Positions 46,795-54,672 of a stretch of DNA of 64,000 nucleotides are shown in pieces (within the stretch, counting starts at the first letter, position 1; each line of letters opens with the position of its first letter). The position numbers and the translations under genes were made by a program. Source of the stretch: Anaerolineae bacterium (lineage in GTDB: Bacteria; Chloroflexota; Anaerolineae; UBA1429). A model generated the notes under the pieces. It was given only the letters and a program-made list of their open reading frames with translations, had not been told where the DNA came from and searched no databases. The stretch lies in assembly GCA_034433995.1 (NCBI GenBank), contig DAOTZU010000169.1, positions 2,109 through 66,108 on the forward strand. The letters are read 5' to 3'.

Positions 46795-46828
46795 GCGATG
46801 GCCCGCTGAGCACCAGCGGGCCATCGCT
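46795..46828. terminator. perfect 14-bp stem hairpin after pilA (bidirectional with convergent gene)
   Basis: GCGATGGCCCGCTG-agcacc-CAGCGGGCCATCGC. Confidence 0.55.
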
Positions 46829-46830
46829 CG

Positions 46831-48891
46831 TTATGGCGTGACGCGGCGCGGAACGACCGTGATCGTCCCCAGTGCGATCCCCTCCTCTGGCCGCGCCACA
46901 CCCATCGGCAAGACGGGACGCGTGCGCTCCTCATCCTCATAGACCCAAAGCTTGATGGTGTACGTGCCCGGCTTGACGCGCCAGGGCACGAGCATATCGT
47001 AGCGCTCGCGGATGATCGTCCCAGCCTCCCAGCGGGAAGAGGGGCGGGCTCCGCCAAGGAAATGGCTCTGGTCCCACACCGGCAGGCCGCGCAAGAGCTG
47101 GATATAGCCCTCGGCATCTTCAAAGCGGACGCTGGCATAGTAATCCACCGTGGTGGGCTGCTCCAGGCGCCAATAGTAGCTGAGGCTGGCCGCCTCGCCC
47201 ACTGCTACCGGCTGGGTTGGCCCGCCAAAACCCACCAACGTGAGGGAAGGACCAAAACGCACGCCGCGCAGCTGATGTTCCTGGGGGATGGCAGCGACAA
47301 CACCGCTGGGTGGGGCGGGGACCATGCGATAGACATCCATCATCGGCAGCCAGACATCTTTGAAGCGCGGCAGGGGCACGGTGGCGGAGACCATCGTTTC
47401 CACTATGTTGAGGCCCACCGGCGATAGGGTCAGATGGTGCCATACCTCCTCTGGGAGCCGCAGGCCTGGGATCACATAGAGCGGAGCCTCGGCCGCGCGC
47501 AGTTCGGCGGCGAACTCGTCCCAATCCAGGTCAGGCACGCTCAGGCCGGCTGAGAGCTCCACATCCGGCCGCCAGCCGCCGATGGTTTGATAGTAGGCCA
47601 GCGGGGCCCAGGCCCAGAAATCCGCCAACACGTGGGCGTTGGGCTCTAGGCGCAGGGCGAGGTAGCGGGCGTAATCGTAGGCAGAATAGTCCTGGCTGCG
47701 GTCGAGAACGCTAAAATCCCGCGCCACCAGATAGGTCGGCAGGCCGAGCAGGAGGAGGCCAAGCAGCAAGGGCACAGAGGCAACCGAGATCGGGCCGGCC
47801 CCTCGGACCGGCCGCGCGGCCCATCTTTCCACCCATCCGATGAGCGCAGCGCATCCCACCCCTAGCCAGATGGCCATGAGGACATAGATGGGCAAGAAAT
47901 ATTGAAAGATGTTGTGGATGCCGTAGATGAGGATCATCCCCATGGTCAAGACGCTGCCCACAAGGGCATAGAGCAAAAAGGGGCGGTTTTCCTGCCAAAG
48001 GCGCACCGCGCCCCACAAGGCCAGGGCCAGGCCAACGGCGGTGAACTCGTAGAGGGGAAAGAGGACCGCCGTCTTGAGCCGGATGCGCGCCACGACCACG
48101 TTGGCCGTAGGGGCCTGCAAGACCGAGCTGCTCTGCATGCCGACGGTAATCATCTTGAGAAAGGTGCGCCAATCGGAGGCGTCGGCCCACATCATGGTGG
48201 GCTTTTGCAGGGAGCGCAGGGGCAGGTAGAGGTTGATGGCGAACCCCGCCAGGAAAAGCCCAGCCAGCGGCAAAAGCTCACGCCAGGGCAGGCGGCGCTG
48301 GCGGTCCCAATGCACCGCGCCCCAATAGACCAGCATGGCCGGGGCAAAGAATTGGATCAGGTGGTGATTGCCCATCCCCAAGCCCAACACATAAAACGCC
48401 CAACGCAGCGTGCCGGGGCGTCCCCTCCGTTGCCAGGTGAGCAACAGATAACTGATCAAGGCCACGAGAAAGGCGTTGAGGGCATAACTTTCGGCCAGGG
48501 TGGCGTTGGCCCAGAGGGTGGAGCTGACGCCCAGGGTGAGGGCAGCCAGGCTGGCGGCCAGGCGGCGGCCGGTCACATCCCAGACGATGAAAAACACCAC
48601 CACCACCGTGCCCGTGGCAAAGACGGCGGACATCAGGTTCACCCGATAGGCGATATCCCCCACCGGCAAAAAGGTGAAGAGCTTGCCCAGAAGCGCGTAG
48701 AGGGGGTAGCCCGTGTGATGGATGATCCCCAGGTGGTAGGCCGCCGCGGCCATCTCGGCCATGTCGTACCACATGGCGGTGGGAGCCAGGGTACGGAGAT
48801 ACAGCGCCCCACAGAGGAGGCCCACCAACGCCGCCCAGAGGCGATGATCCAGCAGGGGCAGGGCGATCTGTATCCTTGGTTTCGCTTTCAT
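46831..48891 (-). CDS. polytopic membrane protein, DUF2723 / GT-C (PMT-like) glycosyltransferase family
   Basis: About 11 TM segments N-terminal, C-terminal soluble domain; GGGAGGA RBS. Confidence 0.6.
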   Translation of the reverse strand: MKAKPRIQIALPLLDHRLWAALVGLLCGALYLRTLAPTAMWYDMAEMAAAAYHLGIIHHTGYPLYALLGKLFTFLPVGDIAYRVNLMSAVFATGTVVVVFFIVWDVTGRRLAASLAALTLGVSSTLWANATLAESYALNAFLVALISYLLLTWQRRGRPGTLRWAFYVLGLGMGNHHLIQFFAPAMLVYWGAVHWDRQRRLPWRELLPLAGLFLAGFAINLYLPLRSLQKPTMMWADASDWRTFLKMITVGMQSSSVLQAPTANVVVARIRLKTAVLFPLYEFTAVGLALALWGAVRLWQENRPFLLYALVGSVLTMGMILIYGIHNIFQYFLPIYVLMAIWLGVGCAALIGWVERWAARPVRGAGPISVASVPLLLGLLLLGLPTYLVARDFSVLDRSQDYSAYDYARYLALRLEPNAHVLADFWAWAPLAYYQTIGGWRPDVELSAGLSVPDLDWDEFAAELRAAEAPLYVIPGLRLPEEVWHHLTLSPVGLNIVETMVSATVPLPRFKDVWLPMMDVYRMVPAPPSGVVAAIPQEHQLRGVRFGPSLTLVGFGGPTQPVAVGEAASLSYYWRLEQPTTVDYYASVRFEDAEGYIQLLRGLPVWDQSHFLGGARPSSRWEAGTIIRERYDMLVPWRVKPGTYTIKLWVYEDEERTRPVLPMGVARPEEGIALGTITVVPRRVTP

Positions 48892-48989
48892 CGGGATCCT
48901 CCCATGGGAGACCTTTTGGGCTCACCTGCCGCATAGCGTCGTGGTCTTGTGCCCGTTTTTTTGCTGGTCGCCGCCCGCAAAGGGCTAGG

Positions 48990-50003
48990 CTACCGTTGGT
49001 ATGGGACATTAGGCCTCGTGTGGATCGCCTCCACCAGCACATAGCGATGGTCCGAGCCGGGCATGCGCCCTAACCGCGCCCGCAGGGGCCGCCAGGCGCC
49101 GGCGCAAAAGATATAATCCAGCCGCAGGATGGGCCAGGGCGGGCGCAGCCCAAAGAGGGGCGCGCCCACGGGATAGGTGAACCCCGCCCCCCAACCCACC
49201 TGGCGAAACGCGTCGCGCCAATGGCGGGGGAGCAGGCGATATTCTTGGCATTGGTCGGTGGTGTTCAGATCGCCGAGGAGGAGGGCGTCGCCGGGCAAAG
49301 CGGCCAGAAGCTGCGCCAGGGCGACCATGTCCTCGCGGCGGAAGCGCGTCTCGAACCCACAGGGCAGGCGCAACCCCAGAAAGCGGCGGAAACGGGGAAA
49401 GGCGATGCGCGGGTGGGCGTTGACCAGCCATGTCTCATGCCCATCCAGGCGCAGGCGCGCCACCTGGGTGGGGTTGGCCCGGGGCGCAAGCTGCCGCAGC
49501 TCCACCGCCAGCAAGGGATGGCGACTGAGCAGCCCCATCCCCCGCGAGCCACCGGCCGGAGCCAGGGCCTGGTAGGGGTACGCCTCGGCCAGGAGGCGCT
49601 TGAGGGCCCGGGCGTGCTGAGGACGCAGCTCCTGCAACGCCACCACGTCGGGGGCGGCGGCCAAGATCGTCTGGGCGATGGCCTGGGCGTGGCCGTTGGT
49701 CTTGAGCAGGTTGGCGGTCATCAGGCGGATGGGGCGCTCCTCCGGCCGCGGCCGGCGCCGCTGCCAAGGGATCAGTGGCCAAAGGAAATGGCCGGCATAA
49801 AGGCCCGTTGCCAGGGCCGCCGCCCCAAGATAGAGCGGCGCGCGCACCCAAAGGCCCAGCGGTAGCAACACCAGCACGGGCATGAAGGCCCAGAAGGCGA
49901 CGGGGCTCAGCGCCGCCAGCCACCACGGGCGGGATCCATCCAGCCGCACCCAAAGGAGGTAGGCACTCAGGAGCAGGACGCAGGACCAGGCGAGATACAT
50001 CAT
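48990..50003 (-). CDS. endonuclease/exonuclease/phosphatase (EEP) family membrane-anchored protein
   Basis: N-terminal TM helices, EEP motifs (LMTANL...ALQEL...GDLN..D...SDH). Confidence 0.65.
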   Translation of the reverse strand: MMYLAWSCVLLLSAYLLWVRLDGSRPWWLAALSPVAFWAFMPVLVLLPLGLWVRAPLYLGAAALATGLYAGHFLWPLIPWQRRRPRPEERPIRLMTANLLKTNGHAQAIAQTILAAAPDVVALQELRPQHARALKRLLAEAYPYQALAPAGGSRGMGLLSRHPLLAVELRQLAPRANPTQVARLRLDGHETWLVNAHPRIAFPRFRRFLGLRLPCGFETRFRREDMVALAQLLAALPGDALLLGDLNTTDQCQEYRLLPRHWRDAFRQVGWGAGFTYPVGAPLFGLRPPWPILRLDYIFCAGAWRPLRARLGRMPGSDHRYVLVEAIHTRPNVPYQR

Positions 50004-50031
50004 CCGCCCACCTCAATGGGGAAAAAGACTC

Positions 50032-51657
50032 TCAATCTTCCACATCCATGGCGAGGGAGAGAGGATTTTGGCGGCCGCCCGCGGGTTTGGCTCTAGGCGC
50101 GCGCTGAAAGGTAATGTTCACCCCTTGGGCCGGGGGATAATCCACCCTTTTCCCTGCCAGGAGCTCGGCGATGGTGAGGATCTGGAGGCGGGGATGCTGG
50201 CCCCAGGGGGAGGTGTAAAAGCCGGCGCTGGCCGCCTCGGCCCGCATGGCCGGGGAGGGCTCCTGCAGCGTGATCAGCACGCCGATCTCGGCCTGCTCTC
50301 GGTTGACCACGCCCCACAGGTCGCGCAGATGGGCCACGGTGGTATGGCCGGCCTTGACAGAAAAGACGATCTGCTTGGTTTTGCCGTTGGGATCATCGTG
50401 GAAATAGAGCCGCCCATCTACGCCTTTATCGGCACCCCGTTTCCCGGCCGCGGGACGGGCGCCCACCAGCCCCAGGGCCCACCATTGGAACTGGAAGGGA
50501 TCTTGCGCAGCCAATTCCTCGGCATCGGCCAGGGTGACGGGCTCGCCGATCACCTCATAGTGGACGCTATCGCCAAAGGTGTCGCTCAGGCGCCGTTTGA
50601 TCAAGTTAATGGCCAGGTGGGTAATATCAATGCCGATCCAGCGGCGGTTGAGCTTTTGCGCGGCGGCAATGGTGGTGCCACAGCCGCAGAAAGGATCCAA
50701 GACGATATCGCCCTCGTTGCTGGAGGCGCGGATGATGCGCTCCAAAAGGGCCACAGGTTTTTGGGTGGGGTAGCCGAGGCGTTCTACAGCTTGCGCGCCG
50801 ACAGGGGGAATATCCGTGATGACTGACCTGATCAGCGTCCCCTTTTGCTCATGCAAATAGCGTTTGAGATAGGGCCTGCCCGTTTTGCTCCAGAACAATC
50901 TCCCGTCTTGATCCAGCATTTCCAGTTTTTCGCGCACGACGCGCCACCCCCAACGGGGCGTATAGCCTTTGTATTCGTAGGTCAGATTGGGCCTAGCTCC
51001 CATCGTGGCTGAGCGGATGATGTGATCCAGACGATACCTCCCTCGCTCGTCAGTATAGCGGTAAAAACTTTTAACGTAATCTACGCTGTGCGGAATATAG
51101 ACCCGGTTCCAAGTTGCCTGTTCAGTTTTGACATAATAGAGTATGACATCATGCACGGCTCCCCATTTCTTGGAATCATTGTGGCTGCTTGTGCGTTGCC
51201 AGATAAGCTCATTGCGAAATTGACGCGGTCCAAACACCGCGTCCATCAGCAGGCGCAGATAGGGGCTGGCCGTGGGGTCGCAATGGAGATAGATGCTGCC
51301 GGTGGGCTTGAGCACGCGGTGCAGCTCCACCAGGCGGGGCGCCATCATGGCCAAATAAGCCATCATGTTGCTGCCGCCCAGCAAGCGATAGAAGGCTTGC
51401 AAAGTCTGGGAGACCTGGCCGCCTCGTTCCACCATCTCTTGGTAGGCGCGGGCCGCGGCCTGGTCCCACGTCCAAGTATCCTCAAAAGCTTTGATCTGGG
51501 CGGCAGCCTGAGAGCCGTTATGCTCGGCAAAGAGGACGTTGTAGGTGGCGTTACTGTTAAAGGGGGGATCGAGGTAGATCAGATCTACCGACTCATCTTT
51601 GATATAGCGCTGGAGGATCTCCAAATTATCGCCGTAGTAAAGCAGATTCTCGGCCAT
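50032..51657 (-). CDS. beta-class N6-adenine/N4-cytosine DNA methyltransferase with C-terminal Mrr-cat-like (PD-(D/E)xK) domain
   Basis: Motif IV DPPF (LIYLDPPFNSN) precedes motif I (VLDPFCGCGTT); C-terminus GADKGVDGRLYF...IVFSVK; visibly lower GC than neighbours. Confidence 0.8.
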   Translation of the reverse strand: MAENLLYYGDNLEILQRYIKDESVDLIYLDPPFNSNATYNVLFAEHNGSQAAAQIKAFEDTWTWDQAAARAYQEMVERGGQVSQTLQAFYRLLGGSNMMAYLAMMAPRLVELHRVLKPTGSIYLHCDPTASPYLRLLMDAVFGPRQFRNELIWQRTSSHNDSKKWGAVHDVILYYVKTEQATWNRVYIPHSVDYVKSFYRYTDERGRYRLDHIIRSATMGARPNLTYEYKGYTPRWGWRVVREKLEMLDQDGRLFWSKTGRPYLKRYLHEQKGTLIRSVITDIPPVGAQAVERLGYPTQKPVALLERIIRASSNEGDIVLDPFCGCGTTIAAAQKLNRRWIGIDITHLAINLIKRRLSDTFGDSVHYEVIGEPVTLADAEELAAQDPFQFQWWALGLVGARPAAGKRGADKGVDGRLYFHDDPNGKTKQIVFSVKAGHTTVAHLRDLWGVVNREQAEIGVLITLQEPSPAMRAEAASAGFYTSPWGQHPRLQILTIAELLAGKRVDYPPAQGVNITFQRAPRAKPAGGRQNPLSLAMDVED

Positions 51658-51790
51658 GGAAGACCACCTCAGATTATCTCACGGGTATTATACACCATAA
51701 ACGTGAGCGATGTCATTTGGGGCCACGAGGTCGCCCTTTCCCGCATGGAGCCGCGGCGCGATAAGCGCGCACGTTCTCCGCGTGTGGCGG

Positions 51791-54061
51791 CTAGAGCGCG
51801 GGCAGGTTGGGCAAGTGTTTGCGCAGCTCCGCCTGCAGCGCCTCTTTCATGCGCTGCACGCTGGCCGCGCTCTCGCCCTCAAACCGCAGCGAGAGCTTGG
51901 GCGAGGTGTTGGAGGCGCGGATCAAGGCCCAATCGTGCTCACCAAAGTAGATGCGGGCGCCGTCAATATCGATCACCCGGTGGTCGCGGATAAAAGCGTC
52001 GCGCACGGCGTCTACTACGTCCCATTTGAGATAGTCGGGGCAGTCGAGGCGCAATTCCGGCGAACTGACATAGCGCGGCAGGCCCTCCAAGATCTCGGCC
52101 AGCACGACGCTGAGGGGTTTGCCGGCGCGATCCAGGTAGCTCAGCAAGAGCGCGGCGGCATAGAGGGCGTCGTCGAACTCAAAGGGCGGATCGTTGAAAA
52201 AGACGTGGCCGCTCAGCTCGCCGCCGATGACGGCCCGCTCCTGTTGCATCCGGGGCAGGATGGAGGTGTTGCCGCATTTGGCCATCACCGGGATGCCGCC
52301 GTATTTGCGCACGCCGTCAAAGAGGGTCTCGGAGCAGCGCACCTCGAACACGGCCTTGCCCGGCCCGTTGCGAAGGGCCTCGCGGGCGTAGAGCAGAAGG
52401 AACGTATCCGGCGGGACGACGGTGCCGCGTTCATCCACCATGCCGATGCGGTCGCCATCGCCATCGAAGGCCAGGCCCACATCACATCCCTCGCGCACCA
52501 CCAGGGCCGCCAATTCTTGCAGGTTCTCCGCCTCGCTGGGGTCAGGGGGATGGTGGGGAAAGGTGCCATCGGGCTCGCAATAGAGGGGCACCACCTCGCA
52601 CCCCAGCTCCCGCAGCAGGCGCACAGCCAAGGGGCCGCTCACGCCGTTGCCGCCATCCACGGCCACTTTGAAGGGGCGAGAGAGCTGCACTTTGTGCAGG
52701 ATGCAGTTGAGGTAGGGGTAGACCACATCCCGCGCCAGGCGGTTGCCCTGGCCGGAGGCAAAGGCGCCGCTGGCGATGAGCCGCTCGATCTTTTGCAATT
52801 CCAACCCAGAGAGAGCCTCCATGCCCACCTGGAGCTTCAGGCCGTTGAACTCGGCGGGGTTGTGGCTGGCCGTCACCTGCACAGCGCCATCCACCCAGAA
52901 ATGGTTGACGGCAAAGGAGGTGAGGGGCGTGGGCACCTGGCCGATGTCGATCACCTCGCAACCGGCAGCCAAGAGGCCCTGGATGGCCGCCTCGCTAAAG
53001 GCCGCCGAGCTGGGGCGCACGTCGCGCCCGACCACGATCTGCCTGCGCCCCGTGCGTCGCTGCATGTAGGTGCCAAAGGCCCGGCCCAGGCTCTCCAAGA
53101 CGGTGGTGGTCAGCTCGGTGCCCACCAAACCGCGGATATCGTATTCGCGAAAGATCGTCCGGCTGACGGCGAGCTTTTCCTGCAGGGCATAATCGTGGAG
53201 CAGCGAGCGCAGCGCTTGGCCCAGCTTCACCGGATCGTGGCGCACCACCAGCCGCTCCTCGCCCGTCAGAGGATCGCGCTCCATCACCTCGGCGGCAAGA
53301 TCGCGCTGCACCAGGATGGCGCCTTCGACCAGGGCCATCTCTTGGGGGGTTTCGGGGAAAATGACCAATTGCGAATCATCGTGCACCACCCGCTCCGTCT
53401 CCACCAAACGGGACGAGGCGTTGCGGTAGCGCTCCAGCACCTCCGGGCTGAGGGAATCGCCGTGGTGGGTGAGGACGTAATCCAAACGGAAGCCGCAGTG
53501 CTTGTGGATGGCCCGCACGTGGTCGGCCACGGAGTAGCCTTCGGTCTGGTTGGGCTGGGTCATCAGGTTGCAGACAAAGATCTTGCGGGCGTTGGAGGCG
53601 CGGATGGTCTGGTTGATCTGCTGGATCAACAGGGCGGGGATCAGGTTGGTAAAGAGGGAGCCGGGGCCGATGACGATGGCGTCGGCCTCCTTGAGGGCGG
53701 TCAGTACCTCCGGCGTGGGGCGAAAATCGTCGGCCGGCCGGCCCAGGACCTCCGAGATCAAAAAGACGCGGCGGATGGTAGCCCCCGGCTTGCCGCGGGT
53801 GATGGCCGCCTCGCCCACCAGGTGGCTGCCGTCGCTCAGCTCGGCGCAGACCTCCACCCGGTCCAGGGTGGGGATGAGGACCTCGTCGGCGGTGGCGCCG
53901 ATGGCGGAGTGGAGTTGGGCAAAGGCGGCGCCGGCGTTGGCCGGCGGCACGACGCCCACCGTGCGCCAAGGGGCGTCTTTGCAGGCGGAGAGCATCATGG
54001 CCAGGCCTTGGGTGCCGGCCAGGGCGACGACCAGAGAGCGCTTGTGGTTCGGTGTGGTCAT
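51791..54061 (-). CDS. fusion: YvcK/CofD-like (gluconeogenesis factor family) N-domain + phosphohexomutase (PGM/PMM/GlmM-type) C-domain
   Basis: N-terminal YvcK-like region of about 320 aa; C-terminal mutase with TASHNP active-site loop and GDGDR metal loop. Confidence 0.8.
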   Translation of the reverse strand: MTTPNHKRSLVVALAGTQGLAMMLSACKDAPWRTVGVVPPANAGAAFAQLHSAIGATADEVLIPTLDRVEVCAELSDGSHLVGEAAITRGKPGATIRRVFLISEVLGRPADDFRPTPEVLTALKEADAIVIGPGSLFTNLIPALLIQQINQTIRASNARKIFVCNLMTQPNQTEGYSVADHVRAIHKHCGFRLDYVLTHHGDSLSPEVLERYRNASSRLVETERVVHDDSQLVIFPETPQEMALVEGAILVQRDLAAEVMERDPLTGEERLVVRHDPVKLGQALRSLLHDYALQEKLAVSRTIFREYDIRGLVGTELTTTVLESLGRAFGTYMQRRTGRRQIVVGRDVRPSSAAFSEAAIQGLLAAGCEVIDIGQVPTPLTSFAVNHFWVDGAVQVTASHNPAEFNGLKLQVGMEALSGLELQKIERLIASGAFASGQGNRLARDVVYPYLNCILHKVQLSRPFKVAVDGGNGVSGPLAVRLLRELGCEVVPLYCEPDGTFPHHPPDPSEAENLQELAALVVREGCDVGLAFDGDGDRIGMVDERGTVVPPDTFLLLYAREALRNGPGKAVFEVRCSETLFDGVRKYGGIPVMAKCGNTSILPRMQQERAVIGGELSGHVFFNDPPFEFDDALYAAALLLSYLDRAGKPLSVVLAEILEGLPRYVSSPELRLDCPDYLKWDVVDAVRDAFIRDHRVIDIDGARIYFGEHDWALIRASNTSPKLSLRFEGESAASVQRMKEALQAELRKHLPNLPAL

Positions 54062-54082
54062 GGTTCCCTCCCAATAAGCGTT

Positions 54083-54250
54083 TTACTCGAGCCGCATGGC
54101 GAACAGGCCGACCGTGTCATCCTCTGGGTTGATCTTGTTGCGCCAGCGTCTCTCCCGGCGGGCGGGGGAGCGGGGATTGGCATAGGCCTTGACCTGCACA
54201 GGCACGCCACTTGCTATGTGCACGACAATCCATATCTTTTTACCTTTGGG
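54083..54250 (-). CDS. small hypothetical protein (55 aa) in AT-rich island
   Basis: MPKGKKIWIVVHIASGVPVQVKAY...; ATG in AT-rich context; no recognisable family. Confidence 0.2.
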   Translation of the reverse strand, partial: PKGKKIWIVVHIASGVPVQVKAYANPRSPARRERRWRNKINPEDDTVGLFAMRLE

Positions 54251-54380
54251 CATGCTACTTTTTCCTTTAACATCAAATAAGATACCATGCACTGGTTTCT
54301 TTTGCTGGTTTGAGGCTACCCCTATTATGCCCAAGATCATCCCCTTTGGCAAACGCCGTGGGCAGATGGTCGAGAGGGCC

Positions 54381-54465
54381 CCCGTCGGTTGGAAACCGAC
54401 GGCTGTGGATGGTAAGCCCGCGTTGCGGGCTTGGCAGGCAGAGCCGTCGGATTGGATCCGACGGC
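54381..54465. repeat. two near-identical 7-N7-7 palindromes (CCGTCGG-N7-CCGACGG) plus further hairpins upstream of the AOR gene
   Basis: CCGTCGGTTGGAAACCGACGG (54382-54402) and GCCGTCGGATTGGATCCGACGGC (54443-54465), with AAGCCCGC-GTT-GCGGGCTT hairpin between. Confidence 0.35.
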
Positions 54466-54672
54466 GAGCAAGGGCCACATGCCATCGGTGGTTTAACGCA
54501 TTGCTACGGGCGGAGTCGCCCGCAACTCGCCCTCGTTCAACACCCCCTGTGAGCCTGCGTTTGACAACGTTGTCCCAGGCCGTTAGAATTTCGTGCAACA
54601 CGGGGCACGCCCGCTGGGTGCCGCCGATGGCTGTCGGTCGATCGGGGTAAGCTACACAATAAGGAGGTCGGG

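Noticed and set aside
54189-54650. 153-aa plus-strand ORF (Arg-rich) in the intergenic island
   Set aside because: Composition-driven ORF through GC-rich hairpins, with no RBS and no family resemblance; the embedded shorter ORF starting MPKIIPFGKRRGQ also lacks support
54300-54672. Moco/Tuco riboswitch in the AOR leader
   Set aside because: Cannot be verified without a covariance model. The two strongest hairpins are near-identical copies of one palindrome, which fits repeated protein-binding sites rather than a single folded aptamer.
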